Counted from the first letter of the stretch, positions 8,799-20,187 are shown. The stretch is 64,000 nucleotides of DNA from Stenomitos frigidus ULC029 (GCA_042919575.1 CP170648.1:2619515-2683514), one strand, 5' to 3'. Program-made: numbers and translations. Notes: generated by a model from the sequence alone, not told the origin.

Positions 8799-9645
8799 TT
8801 AAGATTGACGCATCTTGTAACCAGATCGTCAAATCGGTTAGAGCAGCAAAATCGAGCAAGTCTTCGCTCAAATCTTCTAGAAGCGGTAAGGGTAAGGCAG
8901 TAATTTGCGATCGCACGGCTGGGTCGATCGTGCCAAATAGTCGGGTTAGTTGACGCAAAATGAGCGTTGCGCCCTCTTCTTGTCGTCCTTCTTGTCGTCC
9001 TTCTTGCCGTCCTTCCTGAAGAATCTCCTGGTAAATGACTGACTCCCGCATCATGCCCTCCCGAAATACCTGTTGTATCAGCGCCTTCTTAAAGCGTAGC
9101 CCTGCCAAGAGTTGCGTATAGGCGGAAACTTGCTCCCGCTGCTGGGTTGATTCTATTTTACTAATTTGCTGGGCAACCTGTTGGAGTAGCTGCTCTGGAG
9201 TCGTTGCCGCCGCTAATGCTGCCAGCGGTAAGAGTGCGATATCGTTAAGAAAGAGTGTTGGGTCTTGTTGCCACAAACACATCACATTGTACTCGTGGCG
9301 CGTCGATTCAACGGCAAAGACGGTTTGGATATCGCTCGTCCTTGTGGGTGGCAGGAGCAAGACAACTACTTGAGTGATCGGCAAGCGGTGAAGCCGATAC
9401 AGTCGTACCCAGTAGTCCAACATTCGTAGAGGCAGGGGCGGATCAGACTGAAGCTTGACCTGAAATTCCAGGTGCAGGATGCGCTCCTGGGTTCGTAGCA
9501 AAGTGACAGCATCGGCTCGAATGGGTTCAATGCTCAATTCAGTTTTCAGTATCGTCACTGAGGGTTGCGGCTCACCCAAAATCCAGGCAGCAAAGCGATC
9601 GGGATGTTTCTGTGCCAGCAGCTTACAAAGGTTATCAAAGGACAT
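8761..9645 (-). CDS. Rpn-family recombination-promoting nuclease / putative transposase (DUF4351, PD-(D/E)xK)
   Basis: N-terminus MSFDNLCKLLAQKHPDRFAAWILGEP is typical of the cyanobacterial Rpn/DUF4351 family. Contains a GRQEGRQEGRQE tandem repeat from a 12-nt x3 repeat at about 8985-9023. Confidence 0.65.
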   Translation of the reverse strand: MSFDNLCKLLAQKHPDRFAAWILGEPQPSVTILKTELSIEPIRADAVTLLRTQERILHLEFQVKLQSDPPLPLRMLDYWVRLYRLHRLPITQVVVLLLPPTRTSDIQTVFAVESTRHEYNVMCLWQQDPTLFLNDIALLPLAALAAATTPEQLLQQVAQQISKIESTQQREQVSAYTQLLAGLRFKKALIQQVFREGMMRESVIYQEILQEGRQEGRQEGRQEEGATLILRQLTRLFGTIDPAVRSQITALPLPLLEDLSEDLLDFAALTDLTIWLQDASILIACGAEHWNKTQ

Positions 9646-9682
9646 GGCATTGAAACCTCAGCACGGCTTGCTGCAAAACCGA

Positions 9683-10033
9683 TCACTGTTTGCCGACAAA
9701 GCTGAAGGCACGGAAGTGGAGGGCTTGCTGTTCGATACGGTTGGCAAGACGATCGCACACTAAATTGCACAACTCAAAAATCAGGTCATCTTCAACGCTG
9801 TAATACGCTAATGTGCCCTTGCTACGGCGACTGAGGATGCCTGCCTGCATCATGACCTTCAGATGCTTAGAGACATTTGCCTGACTGGTATCGGTTGCCT
9901 CCACCAAATCTTGTACGCATTTCTCACCATCACGGAGAAGGTTGAGAATCCGCAGGCGCATCGGCTCACCTAGTACGCTGAAGTATTCAGCAACTTGTAA
10001 AACAACTTCTTGCGAAGGCTTTGCAGATTTCAT
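9683..10033 (-). CDS. ArsR/SmtB-family transcriptional regulator
   Basis: 116 aa. Winged-HTH motif LRLRILNLL...CVQDL...SQANVSKHLKVM. Confidence 0.8.
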   Translation of the reverse strand: MKSAKPSQEVVLQVAEYFSVLGEPMRLRILNLLRDGEKCVQDLVEATDTSQANVSKHLKVMMQAGILSRRSKGTLAYYSVEDDLIFELCNLVCDRLANRIEQQALHFRAFSFVGKQ

Positions 10034-10230
10034 GCAAATTTAATATGAGGTGCAGTGATCCCCAGATCTTAGCCACTCGACCGCTACATAGCAATAGAGT
10101 ATTTGATGACAATGCCAAGATTCTTTAGGATTTCATCATTTTCTGAGTGATTTGGCTCTTTGTTTGAGTGATGCTTTCCAGTCGCTTACCGTTATTGAGC
10201 AAGAGCGGTCGCGAACCGAGCATGGGGCGC

Positions 10231-10779
10231 TCAGTCTGGATTCAGGCGCAGCAGCAACTGACCGTACTCGATCGGTTCACCATTTTGCACCAGAATTTCA
10301 ACAACCTCGCCGCCAATTTCTGCTTCTAGCTCGTTCATCAGCTTCATGGCTTCGATAATGCAAACGGTTTGTCCTTTACGAATGCGATCGCCCACTTCCA
10401 CAAAGGGTGGTTCATCGGGAGACGCAGCGCGGTAGAAGGTGCCCACCATTGGTGAATTCACCTCAATCAGGCGACGATCGCTTTTGCTGTCTCGTAAGGG
10501 CGCATCGTTAAGCGGTAAGTTTGGTACAGACGGTGTGGCAGCGCTTTGTGCGGCCTGTTTAGCCTCAGAGTCGGTGCGGCTATCACCCACTCTTGGCAAT
10601 GATGCGCCTGCCTCAACCGCCTGACGACGATCGCCATCGGTAGCATAAAGTCGCTCCTCGACCCGAATACCACGATGCACCGTGAGTTCAAAATCAGTGC
10701 TTTTTAAGGTTAGTTCTGTAATATCGGTCTGGTCGATCGCGGCTAAAAGCTCGCGGAGTTCATTTAAATCCAGTGACAC
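10231..10779 (-). CDS. accB: acetyl-CoA carboxylase biotin carboxyl carrier protein
   Basis: C-terminal biotinyl domain with the EAMKLMNE motif. Ala/Pro-rich linker. Confidence 0.9.
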   Translation of the reverse strand: MSLDLNELRELLAAIDQTDITELTLKSTDFELTVHRGIRVEERLYATDGDRRQAVEAGASLPRVGDSRTDSEAKQAAQSAATPSVPNLPLNDAPLRDSKSDRRLIEVNSPMVGTFYRAASPDEPPFVEVGDRIRKGQTVCIIEAMKLMNELEAEIGGEVVEILVQNGEPIEYGQLLLRLNPD

Positions 10780-10875
10780 AATGACTGTAAACCTCAGAAG
10801 GGGCTAGGGGTTAGGAGAAAGGCTAAAGGATAAACGCTAAAGGCTAAAACAAGTTTCATCCTTATATCCCTTCGC

Positions 10876-11436
10876 TTACTGCTCTCTACCCAAATAAGTA
10901 TCGTTACGAGTATCAACTTTGATGCGTTCTCCAATCGTGATGAAGAGAGGCACCATGATTTGAGCACCCGTTTCGACGATCGCGGGTTTGGTTCCGCCTG
11001 TTGCCGTATCACCCTTCACGCCGGGATCAGTTTGGGTTACTTCCAGCACAACAGAGTTCGGCAATTCTACTTCTAGCACTTGCTCACCCCAACGGATGAC
11101 GTTCACTTCCATGCCTTCTTTAAGGTATTTCACGCGATCGCCAATCTGTTTAGCACTGAGACGTCCCTCCTCATAGGTCTCCATTTCCATAAAGACGAAG
11201 TCATCTCCATCTTTATAGGTATGCTGCATCGTGTTTTTTTCCAGGTTTGCCTGGGGAACGCTTTCACCCGCTCGAAACGTCCGTTCCATGACATTTCCAG
11301 TCTGGACGTTTTTGAGCTTGGTGCGTACAAAGGCAGACCCTTTACCGGGCTTGACGTGCAAAAATTCGATAACTCGCCAGACTGATCCGTCTAGCTCAAT
11401 GCTTACGCCTGATCGAAAGTCATTACTAGAGATCAT
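10876..11436 (-). CDS. efp: elongation factor P
   Basis: [43 protein letters not shown] is the canonical EF-P N-terminus. Start moved to the internal Met at 11436. Confidence 0.9.
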   Translation of the reverse strand: MISSNDFRSGVSIELDGSVWRVIEFLHVKPGKGSAFVRTKLKNVQTGNVMERTFRAGESVPQANLEKNTMQHTYKDGDDFVFMEMETYEEGRLSAKQIGDRVKYLKEGMEVNVIRWGEQVLEVELPNSVVLEVTQTDPGVKGDTATGGTKPAIVETGAQIMVPLFITIGERIKVDTRNDTYLGREQ

Positions 11437-11781
11437 GAGTATGTGTATCGGGGAAAATGTTCGGCATCTCATTGTACCGCTCAGGGGTAAACCACGTTAA
11501 GCAGAGGGAGGACTAAAGATGAAGGGAAAAAGGTTTTAGACCTTATGTCAGTTTAAGCCAGCCACGGATGAGGCTTCTGTCTCTATGCCCTGGAGGCTCT
11601 TCCCGACTGACCCTCTGCCCTACTTTTGCCTGTGTGACCCTGCTCTATGGCAAGATTAATGAGAGCAACTGACGGTTTGTAGCTTTTGCTGCGATCGCCC
11701 GCTCTCGACCGTTGAGTGGGCAAACAACACTCAAACAGACGTCCGCTTTTGAGCCGCTAACTTAGCAAGCAGTAACCAGAC

Positions 11782-12921
11782 ATGGAACGACAAGGCTTTG
11801 ACCGCTTCAAACTTGACCGCTTTAAGTTTGACCACTTGAGGCACTGGCTAAAAACAGGAGCAACCCTTTTGCTCATGATGATCCTGTCTTTGGGGTTAAG
11901 TGCGGCTGCTAAACCGACCAATATTATGCCTGCTGGCAACCCCATTACCGATGGCAAAGCGTTATTGCGCTACGCTTTGCCGATCGACAATGCACCTGTG
12001 CGCGAACTGCAAGGCAGCTTAGAAGATATTGCCACACAGCTCAGGGCAAATCGACGCTGGGGCGCGATCGCGGGTGACGTGAAGAGAGCAAGCTGGATTT
12101 TGCGCGATAAAGAACCAGCGATCCTTGCCAGTGTGCCAGAAGCGAAGCAAGCCGAAGCACAAGCCATACTGGCTAAAATCAAGGACGGCATTGCGCCTCT
12201 GCAAGAGTCTATCGAAGCAAAGGATAAAGAACAAACCTTTCAACAGCGATCGGATCTGCTGAGCTTGGTTGGACAGCTTGAAGAAAGCATGGTGCAAGCC
12301 TTCCCTTTTGAGGTGCCTGCCGCATACAACAGTCTGCCGCAGCTTAAAGGTCGCGCCACGATCGCCTTTACAACGAACAAAGGCAAGATCACAGCCGTTG
12401 TCGATGGTTACAGCGCTCCAGTCACCGCTGGCAACTTCGTTGATTTAGTCCAACGCGGTTTTTACGATGGCTTACCCTTCACCCGTTCTGAAGAATCCTA
12501 CGTGCTGCAAATCGGCGATCCGCCTGGAAAAGACGTTGGCTTTATCGACCCTCAAACGAAAAAGTATCGCGCCATTCCGTTAGAAGTGTTGGTGCAGGGC
12601 GATGTTGAACCCACTTATGAGATCACGTTAGAGGATGCAGGACGCTACAAAGACCAGCCTGTATTGCCTTTCTCGTCCTACGGTGCGCTGGCAATGGCGC
12701 GTCCTGGTGAAGACCCTAACGGTGGTTCGTCCCAGTTTTTCTTCTTTTTGTTTGAGCCAGAGTTAACGCCAGCCGGGCGAAATTTGCTGGATGGTCGCTA
12801 CTCTGTGTTTGGCTACGTCATTGAAGGCAAAGAGGTGCTGGAGCAACTGAAAGCTGGAGACAAGATTGAATCCGCTAAAGTGATTCAGGGGCTGGATCAA
12901 TTGGTGGAGCCAGTTGCCTAA
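11782..12921 (+). CDS. cyclophilin-type peptidyl-prolyl isomerase with N-terminal lumenal domain (TLP40/CYP38-like)
   Basis: Signal peptide or TM, a helical N-domain, then a C-terminal cyclophilin fold (FTRSEESYVLQIGDP...GALAMARPGEDPNGGSSQFFF). Confidence 0.75.
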   Translation: MERQGFDRFKLDRFKFDHLRHWLKTGATLLLMMILSLGLSAAAKPTNIMPAGNPITDGKALLRYALPIDNAPVRELQGSLEDIATQLRANRRWGAIAGDVKRASWILRDKEPAILASVPEAKQAEAQAILAKIKDGIAPLQESIEAKDKEQTFQQRSDLLSLVGQLEESMVQAFPFEVPAAYNSLPQLKGRATIAFTTNKGKITAVVDGYSAPVTAGNFVDLVQRGFYDGLPFTRSEESYVLQIGDPPGKDVGFIDPQTKKYRAIPLEVLVQGDVEPTYEITLEDAGRYKDQPVLPFSSYGALAMARPGEDPNGGSSQFFFFLFEPELTPAGRNLLDGRYSVFGYVIEGKEVLEQLKAGDKIESAKVIQGLDQLVEPVA

Positions 12922-13215
12922 ACGGAGCGATCGTCGCTTTGAGCTTGGAGTTTGCTGATGCTAAGGAAAAGGCTTAGGCGCGATCGGTGTTAGTCACTAA
13001 ACTGGAGAGAAGACCAATTCCCTTTGTTACACACTACAAGTTACAATCCCTCTGCCTGCGGTTTCCCCTTATCAAGGGGGATTGAGAGTAATCAAGCGCG
13101 GGAATCTGTAGCCAGAATTTTTTGAATTGGTATCAGTTGATCGCTTCAAAGCCTCAATCCACCTTTAAAGCTTGAAACTCAAAGCTTTATACCCGCATCC
13201 TCTCGCAATTAGATC

Positions 13216-13530
13216 ATGGCAATTTTTGAGTGGATCTTTTTGACTGGCTTTGGCGTACTGGCTGGTGTGTCTCTTACGAACATCATTCAAAATCGACAGC
13301 AGCAGTCTCGCTTGGAGCAAGCCTTTTACCAACTGCTGGAAGTTGAAAATGGTAATGTCTCCCTCATTCAACTAGCCGCTACTGCACGAGTCAATGCCGA
13401 AGTCGCCAAAAGCTATTTGGCGACCCAAGTGAAATTTTTCGGCGCAGTGCCCGAAGTAGACGACGATGGCGACGAGTTTTATCGCTTTCCTAAGTTACGC
13501 CGCTGGAGCGAACCCGAAGAGTGGCAGTGA
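13216..13530 (+). CDS. hypothetical small membrane protein
   Basis: 104 aa. One N-terminal TM helix, acidic C-terminus. Confidence 0.4.
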   Translation: MAIFEWIFLTGFGVLAGVSLTNIIQNRQQQSRLEQAFYQLLEVENGNVSLIQLAATARVNAEVAKSYLATQVKFFGAVPEVDDDGDEFYRFPKLRRWSEPEEWQ

Positions 13531-13614
13531 TGTGAGCAGTCAACGGTCAATAAAGTGTGGCGTGGCTACGGCTGGCGTTTTGCCATAGCCAATCTAAAGG
13601 CTGGAAGCTGATCG

Positions 13615-14322
13615 CTATTCTCCCAGCGAAAAATCGCGCTCAAAGCTCTTACGGGTCAGCGGTTGCTCTAGCATCAAGCCTTCACCGCCCAGTGTTTCCA
13701 GTGGTTTACCTTCTACTGCTAACCGGACTCTGGCATCTGGATTCAAGCTAGTGGCGGTGTAAAGAATTTGCCCAACTCTGGCAGTCATTGAGGCGCTGCC
13801 GCCGCCCTGCGTGAAGGCTTGGGAGAGGTCAACATGAATGTCATTATCTTTGATGTAGAGGCTGCGAAGTCTGGTATCACGCGGAATGGTTGTTGTCACA
13901 CTCGCACTGCTGGGACCCGCAAGTAATTTATCGACAGCGGCTGCCAGAATATCATTGGGCGCTTCCTGGGCACTCAGCGTCACAGGGCTAGGGCTAAAAG
14001 CGATCGCACTCCCTGATGCTTTCAACCAATAAACCTGAAGCGTTTTGGTCTCCGCAGCCGGGGCAGTATTGCCAACTGGCAGCTTTGACGTAGTGCTGGG
14101 AGCGATCACTGCTGGCGGCGCTTTTTGCTGGTCTGACGGCACCTGGGAATTTTCGATTACGTCTGGTGCGGGTGCTTTGCGTGACGCAGATTGCCACTCC
14201 CACCAGGCGACGGCACTGCCTGTAGCCAGTACTAGAGCGGATAACCCTGCAATGATCCCAAGGGGGAGGTGGCGACGCGATCGTTGGTCTTCCATAACGC
14301 AAATTCTCCTTACAAGTGACAT
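13615..14322 (-). CDS. GerMN-domain protein
   Basis: N-terminal TM segment. C-terminal GerMN-like segment (LYIKDNDIHVDLSQAF...RVGQILYTATS...RLAVEGKPLETLGGEG). Confidence 0.6.
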   Translation of the reverse strand: MSLVRRICVMEDQRSRRHLPLGIIAGLSALVLATGSAVAWWEWQSASRKAPAPDVIENSQVPSDQQKAPPAVIAPSTTSKLPVGNTAPAAETKTLQVYWLKASGSAIAFSPSPVTLSAQEAPNDILAAAVDKLLAGPSSASVTTTIPRDTRLRSLYIKDNDIHVDLSQAFTQGGGSASMTARVGQILYTATSLNPDARVRLAVEGKPLETLGGEGLMLEQPLTRKSFERDFSLGE

Positions 14323-14394
14323 GCAGAGCGGGTGAAGGCTGCCTGAATAACTACCAAGCCATCCAGGGCGATTTCGGAAAAGTAGAACGCTTTC

Positions 14395-15183
14395 TTAGCG
14401 TGGCTTATCTAGCGCAACCTGGACAAAGGCAGCCAGATTAATTTGATTCTCTGTCAAATCCAACTGTAAGATTCTTGCGGTTAGACCAGTTTTTTCAAAC
14501 TGGCGCAGGTCAGACTGTGCGCTAATGCCTTTCGCGATCGACTGCATAATCGATTCTGGTACGACTTCACCATCCAACGTCACAACGGGACTGAGAAGCT
14601 GTAGCTGCCGTCCTGCAATGATGGCGATCCCTGACTCCACCACAATCTTTAAAGTGTCGGGATCGGCTGCTTCCTGTAGTTCAGCCTGAAGCCGCAAGCG
14701 TTGGTTCGTGAGGAATTCAATACGAGGGTTTAGCAGCGTGTACCGTTGGGCACGTTGTCGGGTCTGTTGCCCCAGGACGTTAACGCCCAACGCCTTGAGT
14801 TGATCGAGGACAAGGGGCGATCGCAGCGCACGGTTCAGATCGTCTTGCTTCAGCACCAGCCGCATTCCGGCTCGAAGTGGCTTTTCTAGCTGTGGCTGAC
14901 CGCGCTGCAGACGAGCAGCATTAAGCTGAATGGGATCAGTTTCTAGCTCAAAGGCTTCCAGGCGAATGTCCTGGGCAGGAAACAGCCCACGTCCCGCAAT
15001 GCGGATGCGATCGACTTTGCCCTGTACCAGTTGATAGCTCGGCGCATTGTCAACGCGGACTTCCAGTTGTTCTACTGATTCAAACTGCTTGCGAATCGTC
15101 GTTTGAGCAACGCGATCGACCACAAACCCTGCTGGGGAAAGCAGGGTGATTAGGCTAGAAAGAAAAATGGTGAGAAATTCCAA
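14395..15183 (-). CDS. DUF2993 (LmeA-like) family protein
   Basis: 262 aa. N-terminal hydrophobic segment. Conserved cyanobacterial DUF2993-like pattern. Confidence 0.5.
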   Translation of the reverse strand: MEFLTIFLSSLITLLSPAGFVVDRVAQTTIRKQFESVEQLEVRVDNAPSYQLVQGKVDRIRIAGRGLFPAQDIRLEAFELETDPIQLNAARLQRGQPQLEKPLRAGMRLVLKQDDLNRALRSPLVLDQLKALGVNVLGQQTRQRAQRYTLLNPRIEFLTNQRLRLQAELQEAADPDTLKIVVESGIAIIAGRQLQLLSPVVTLDGEVVPESIMQSIAKGISAQSDLRQFEKTGLTARILQLDLTENQINLAAFVQVALDKPR

Positions 15184-15186
15184 AGT

Positions 15187-17019
15187 TTAATGTTGCTCCA
15201 AAAGCCACTGTTGTAAGGTTGTGACCACATCTTCAAGCAGCACTTCCTGAGATTCTTTACTCGCACGTTTGACCACTTCGATCTTTCCTTGCTGGAGCGA
15301 TCGCCCTGTCACAAGGCGGTAGGGTATCCCAATCAAATCGGCATCCTTAAACTTCACGCCTGCACGCTCGTTGCGATCGTCCAGTAAAGTTTCAATGCCT
15401 GCCTGATTGAGTTCGTCATACAGCTTTTCGGCTGCCTGTACTTGCTCGGCTTTGGCAATGTCGGGAATCACGACGATCGCTTGGTAGGGCGCGATCGCGA
15501 TAGCCCACACAATCCCGTCCTTGTCGTAGGATTGCTCGACGGCTGCTTGCGCGAGGCGCGAAACACCCACACCGTAGCATCCCATCACTAGAGGCTTTTC
15601 TTCCCCTTGCTCGTTTGTATAGGTTGCTCCCAGGGCTTCAGAGTACTTTGTACCTAACTGGAAGATGTGCCCAATTTCAATGCCTCTAGCAGTTTTGAGC
15701 GTTTGGGTGGGGTCATGCAGGGCGCGATCGCCTGCGATCGCCTTTCGCACATCCACCACCAGCTTCGGTAGCTCAAACTCTTTACCCCAATTGGCACCGA
15801 CAACGTGAAACCCAGCGTCATCGGAGCCTGTAATAAAGTGCGCCAGGTCAACCGCAGTCTTGTCCACCAAGCGCAAGAATTTTGGTGTTACAGGATTAAC
15901 GGCAACCTCGCCTGCTGGCATCGGTTTGGGCGGCTTGATGTAGCTATCTTCCAAATTGGGCGCGATATAACCCAAGGGTAGGGGTTTCGCAGCCCATTTC
16001 TCCTGTGCCTCTGCATCCGGTACAGTCAATGCCAAAACAGTTTTGCCGCCGTACTGATCCGCCAGTTTGGTCAATTCATTTTGCAGTTTTACCTCATTCA
16101 CATCCTGGTCGCCTCGGATGCTAACCAGCACTAAAACCACTCTGCCGCTATCAAATACTGCTTGATACAAAACATTTTTGACGATCGCCGTGGGAGAGCA
16201 CTTCAGCAATTGCGACAATTTGGCGATCGTCTCTGTGCCAGGAGTCTCTAGTTTCTCGTAAGCGGTGAAGGGGGATAGCTCGGCATCCGACGGTAGGGAA
16301 ACAGCTTTCTCGACATTGGCAGAGTACCGACCATCCTCGGTGTACAGCACTTCATCTTCCCCTGCCTCAGCCAGCACCATGAATTCTTGCGAACCTGCCC
16401 CGCCGATCGCGCCTGAATCAGCATCCACTGCCCGAAAAGCTAGACCGCAGCGATTCAGAATATTGCAGTAAGCTGTGTGCATTTTTTCGTATTGCCGCTT
16501 GAGTCCGGCTTCGTCCACATCAAACGAATAGGCATCTTTCATGATGAATTCACGCCCGCGCATCAGACCAAAGCGGGGGCGAATCTCATCTCGAAATTTC
16601 GTTTGAATTTGGTAAAGGTTTTGCGGCAATTGACGGTAGGAGCGAATCATGTCGCGCGCGATCGTCGTAATCACTTCTTCGTGCGTGGGGCCCAACCCCA
16701 TTTCGCGCTGCTGGCGATCGACCAGCGAAAACATGATGCCTTCCGCTTTTGTGTAGGTATCCCACCGTCCTGATTCGCGCCATAGCTCCGCAGGCTGCAA
16801 CTGTGGCAGCAGGCATTCTTGCGCCCCAGCGGCATTCATTTCCTCGCGGACAATCTGCGATACCTTCTGCATGACTCGCCACATCAAAGGCAGGTACGCA
16901 TACACACCACCCGCAATGCGCCGAATGTAGCCTGCCCGCAGCAGCAGCTTATGGCTGGGAATCTCCGCCTCTACCGGATCTTCTCGAAGCGTCACAAACA
17001 GCATTTGAGACAGTCGCAT
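15187..17019 (-). CDS. proS: proline--tRNA ligase
   Basis: [13 protein letters not shown]...GYIRR... is the canonical ProRS N-terminus. Class II motifs and an editing-domain insertion present. Start set at the internal Met at 17019, with AAGGA 9 nt upstream. Confidence 0.9.
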   Translation of the reverse strand: MRLSQMLFVTLREDPVEAEIPSHKLLLRAGYIRRIAGGVYAYLPLMWRVMQKVSQIVREEMNAAGAQECLLPQLQPAELWRESGRWDTYTKAEGIMFSLVDRQQREMGLGPTHEEVITTIARDMIRSYRQLPQNLYQIQTKFRDEIRPRFGLMRGREFIMKDAYSFDVDEAGLKRQYEKMHTAYCNILNRCGLAFRAVDADSGAIGGAGSQEFMVLAEAGEDEVLYTEDGRYSANVEKAVSLPSDAELSPFTAYEKLETPGTETIAKLSQLLKCSPTAIVKNVLYQAVFDSGRVVLVLVSIRGDQDVNEVKLQNELTKLADQYGGKTVLALTVPDAEAQEKWAAKPLPLGYIAPNLEDSYIKPPKPMPAGEVAVNPVTPKFLRLVDKTAVDLAHFITGSDDAGFHVVGANWGKEFELPKLVVDVRKAIAGDRALHDPTQTLKTARGIEIGHIFQLGTKYSEALGATYTNEQGEEKPLVMGCYGVGVSRLAQAAVEQSYDKDGIVWAIAIAPYQAIVVIPDIAKAEQVQAAEKLYDELNQAGIETLLDDRNERAGVKFKDADLIGIPYRLVTGRSLQQGKIEVVKRASKESQEVLLEDVVTTLQQWLLEQH

Positions 17020-17116
17020 TGCCCAGTTCCTTTTCAGACTCAAGAATCATCTCTCAGTCTAGAACATCCGATGTACCGGAACGTAGACGATGGCAATTCG
17101 CAGTAGGCTTCCACTT

Positions 17117-17692
17117 CTAAGCGGACGGTACAAAGCGCTTTCGCAATGACTCTGCACGACGTTTAGACGTTTCATTTTGGGGTTCGATCGCTAGCGCTTG
17201 TTCGTAAACTTCCAACGCTTGACTCGCTAACTGTTTACGCTCATAGGCGTGACCAATATTGTTCAGCGCTGTGACGTAGTTTGGATCAATTTTGAGCGCA
17301 TCTTTATACTGACGAATCGCCAGATCGTACTGCTCCTGGGCAAAGTAAGCAAACCCAAGCGCGTTGTAAATGGGTGCGCTTTCTGACTCCTGTAAGTCCT
17401 CTGCTTTCAAGGCTTTCTGAAACAGCATGATCGCTTGAGAATAAATCTTCTTATCAAGATAAATGCTGCCCAGTTCGTAGTATTCCTGTGCGGAACCCGC
17501 TTCTTTAGTCAGTTTTGACTGCAACTTAGCGAGCGCTAACTCTACTTTGCGCGTTTTGAGAATTTGGCGCACGACAGACCAGCCTGCAAAGGCTAGCAGC
17601 AACAGTAGAAAGGAGATATAGATGAGAGGAGACGGTGTATCCATACCAAGAATTAGTTTACGCAAGGAACGGTCAAAGCTGCCTATCATCAA
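17117..17692 (-). CDS. TPR-repeat protein with N-terminal TM helix
   Basis: TPR-like 34-aa repeats (AYFAQEQYDLAIRQYKDALKIDPNY...). Confidence 0.6.
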   Translation of the reverse strand: MMIGSFDRSLRKLILGMDTPSPLIYISFLLLLLAFAGWSVVRQILKTRKVELALAKLQSKLTKEAGSAQEYYELGSIYLDKKIYSQAIMLFQKALKAEDLQESESAPIYNALGFAYFAQEQYDLAIRQYKDALKIDPNYVTALNNIGHAYERKQLASQALEVYEQALAIEPQNETSKRRAESLRKRFVPSA

Positions 17693-17856
17693 CCTTATCG
17701 CAAAATGGGAGAGGTCGAAGGAAGGCTAGAGGATGAATGTTAAGCTGTCAGCATTTTTATAGCACTTAGGTCACTTTCATTCGCATTCACTACACTCACA
17801 ACCTTGCACTCGTCTTCCAAGATCAACAGCGAGCTTAAGCACTCGCCGGTAGTTCG

Positions 17857-18642
17857 TTACGGCAATCCCCAGTAAAGCGCACGCTCTTGCAGCCATCCTT
17901 CTGCTGTCCAGCGGGCAATAATTTGGTTGATACGCAGTTGCAAATCGTTATACTGCAAGCCTTTTGGCATGACGATGCAGAGTGGCTCTACTGAAAGGGT
18001 AGGCAGCAGCAGCCGATAGCGCGGAAATTCTTGTACCCATCCGGTTAGCACAGTTGCATCAGCAGCAAAGGCAACCGCTTCACCCGCTTCGAGCAAGGTA
18101 TAAGCCTCAGCATAGGATGCCACGCTAATCAGGGTCGCCGCTGGTAGACGGTAGCGTAGAGTCGCGATCGTACTTGAACCATCTAGTACAGCGATCGCAC
18201 GCTTGCCAACATCTGCTAGCCGCTGCATTGCTGCATCGCGTGTAACGAGGGCTGTGCCATCCAGATAGTAGGGCAAACTGAGGCTGACCAGACGCGAGCG
18301 AGAGGGTGTACCAGTGACATGGGCGATCGCAATATCTGCCTTGCCCTCCAGTACCGCTACCAGACGATCCTGATTGACGACAGGCTGTAGCTCAACAGCA
18401 TCCTTGCTCCCTAGCAATTCCTGCGCCAGTCGTTGAGCAATCTCAATTTCTAACCCTTGTAGCTGTCCATCGACCCCGCGAAAGCCCAGCGGGCGGAGGT
18501 TATCCTTCACTACCACAATCAAACGACCCCGTTCTTCGATCGCTTCTAAATCAGCAGCAATAATTGGAGGCACTGAGAACAGTACCCCCAACATGCTTAG
18601 ACTTAAGACGTTACCGAGCAGCGCAGACAGTTTCATTGCCAT
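17857..18642 (-). CDS. ABC transporter substrate-binding protein (family 3, amino-acid type)
   Basis: Signal peptide, then periplasmic SBP_bac_3-like sequence. Confidence 0.6.
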   Translation of the reverse strand: MAMKLSALLGNVLSLSMLGVLFSVPPIIAADLEAIEERGRLIVVVKDNLRPLGFRGVDGQLQGLEIEIAQRLAQELLGSKDAVELQPVVNQDRLVAVLEGKADIAIAHVTGTPSRSRLVSLSLPYYLDGTALVTRDAAMQRLADVGKRAIAVLDGSSTIATLRYRLPAATLISVASYAEAYTLLEAGEAVAFAADATVLTGWVQEFPRYRLLLPTLSVEPLCIVMPKGLQYNDLQLRINQIIARWTAEGWLQERALYWGLP

Positions 18643-18662
18643 GCCAAGCAGTTAAACCTGGA

Positions 18663-19028
18663 CTAAGCTGCCTTCTTGACAGCCGTACCAACAGCTGCAA
18701 CGACCTGACTAAACCCAGCCGGATCAAGAATCGCCATCTGTGACAGCATCTTGCGGTTAATTTGGATATTTGCCTTTTTTAAGCTACCCATAAACTGGCT
18801 GTAGCTCAAACCGTGCTGACGGGTCGCTGCATTAATGCGGGTAATCCAGAGACGACGAAAATCACGCTTCCGTTTACGGCGATCGCGATAGGCATTTCGT
18901 AACGCCTTCATCACCTGTTGGTTTGCTGTGCGGAAAAGGCGAGAATGTGAACCTCTGAAACCTTTTGCCAGCTTTAAAATCTTTTTGCGGCGCTTGCGAG
19001 CGACATTGCCGCGCTTTACCCGTGTCAT
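18663..19028 (-). CDS. rplT: 50S ribosomal protein L20
   Basis: [26 protein letters not shown] is canonical L20. Confidence 0.95.
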   Translation of the reverse strand: MTRVKRGNVARKRRKKILKLAKGFRGSHSRLFRTANQQVMKALRNAYRDRRKRKRDFRRLWITRINAATRQHGLSYSQFMGSLKKANIQINRKMLSQMAILDPAGFSQVVAAVGTAVKKAA

Positions 19029-19118
19029 TTCTACAAATTCCTCTAAGTTCTGACTGCTAGTTTAGTAAGCTTTGAATTTCAAGGTTGAATCACTGACTCA
19101 ACACTCAGAACACACAGC

Positions 19119-19316
19119 CTATAGATAAGGGAGCATGAGATGCACGTTTGCCTCATCCCGCTCGTTTACAACTGCTACACCGGCAAGGCGTCGCTTACGC
19201 GAAGCGCCTTTATGCTCAAGTAAATGGCTTCTAAAGGCTTTACGACGCATTATTTTTCCGGTTCCGCTGGCTCTAAAACGCTTGGCGGCGGCTTTACGGG
19301 TCTTCAGCTTAGGCAT
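19119..19316 (-). CDS. rpmI: 50S ribosomal protein L35
   Basis: [27 protein letters not shown] is canonical L35. Lies immediately upstream of rplT. Confidence 0.9.
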   Translation of the reverse strand: MPKLKTRKAAAKRFRASGTGKIMRRKAFRSHLLEHKGASRKRRLAGVAVVNERDEANVHLMLPYL

Positions 19317-19510
19317 GGGTCAGCTTTTATTCAACACAGTCTCCCATCATATTACCGAAAGAGCAGGAAAGGCAAGCTTTTACTGAAAGAACTACGGTCA
19401 ATTCCTTGCCACAACTTCCTCCTTAAACGGTCAAGTCACTGGTTCTGAGCGTCACTGCGCTGATGGATCTGGACTTTAGCCATCCATTCGCAAAAGCTAA
19501 TTTACGTTGC

Positions 19511-20098
19511 TTAATAAAAGAGCCAACTGGTGAAGGAGTATTTTCGTCCTCGGACGACTGGCAGCGATTGATGGGGGTGAGTGTAATAGGAGGGAAAGAC
19601 GATCGCGCTGCCTGCTTGGGGTTTAACTTTAATATTTTGACGATCGAACAAGGTTTCACCGCCCTCAAAATCATCGTTCAAATAACCGACGATGCTGATA
19701 TCGCGGGTTGGGATGCCATTGGCAACTTCCTGAAAGCGGCTAGACAGGAGTAAGTTATCAACATGGCGTTTGTAGCGCTGTCCTGGCTTATAGCGCAAGA
19801 TCGAACACATTTCCGCCTGAGAAAATTTGATGCCATAGTGCTTGAAAAGCAAATCTTGAAGGAGCTTGACTTTAGTCAACAAGATTTGATTGGTCGATTC
19901 TTGAAGCTGCTGACCTGTGTTGCCCAGGGGCAGTATATCGCTGCTACGAACATCAGTATCAACAACATTAACCAAAATGCTGGATGGTTTAAACTGACAG
20001 CATTCTGCCACCTGAATGACATGGCTACAGAGCGACGGTTCCAGCAGTTGCTCGACCAGCAGAATATCTGAACCTAAATGCTTAAATGAGAGTCCCAC
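19511..20098 (-). CDS. 2OG-Fe(II) oxygenase (prolyl 4-hydroxylase-like)
   Basis: HxD...H motif context (RYKPGQRYKRHVDN...AIVFPSYYTHPHQ...RKYS). Confidence 0.6.
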   Translation of the reverse strand: MGLSFKHLGSDILLVEQLLEPSLCSHVIQVAECCQFKPSSILVNVVDTDVRSSDILPLGNTGQQLQESTNQILLTKVKLLQDLLFKHYGIKFSQAEMCSILRYKPGQRYKRHVDNLLLSSRFQEVANGIPTRDISIVGYLNDDFEGGETLFDRQNIKVKPQAGSAIVFPSYYTHPHQSLPVVRGRKYSFTSWLFY

Positions 20099-20187
20099 GT
20101 CTATCCTTATTCAATTGACCAGAACGTCAGGTCACGAAACAATGGTGTGTTGACGATCGGTTTTCTATCTTTACCCAGAGTGCCCCA

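Noticed and set aside
13060-13110. gtttccccttatcaagggggattgagag, which looks like a cyanobacterial CRISPR repeat and contains the ccccttatcaagggg palindrome
   Set aside because: Single copy. No spacer-repeat periodicity and no cas genes. Treated as an isolated hairpin.
19320-19510. possible L20-binding autoregulatory leader upstream of rpmI-rplT
   Set aside because: Expected from established knowledge of L20 autoregulation. I could not identify a convincing pseudoknot or helix mimic by eye.
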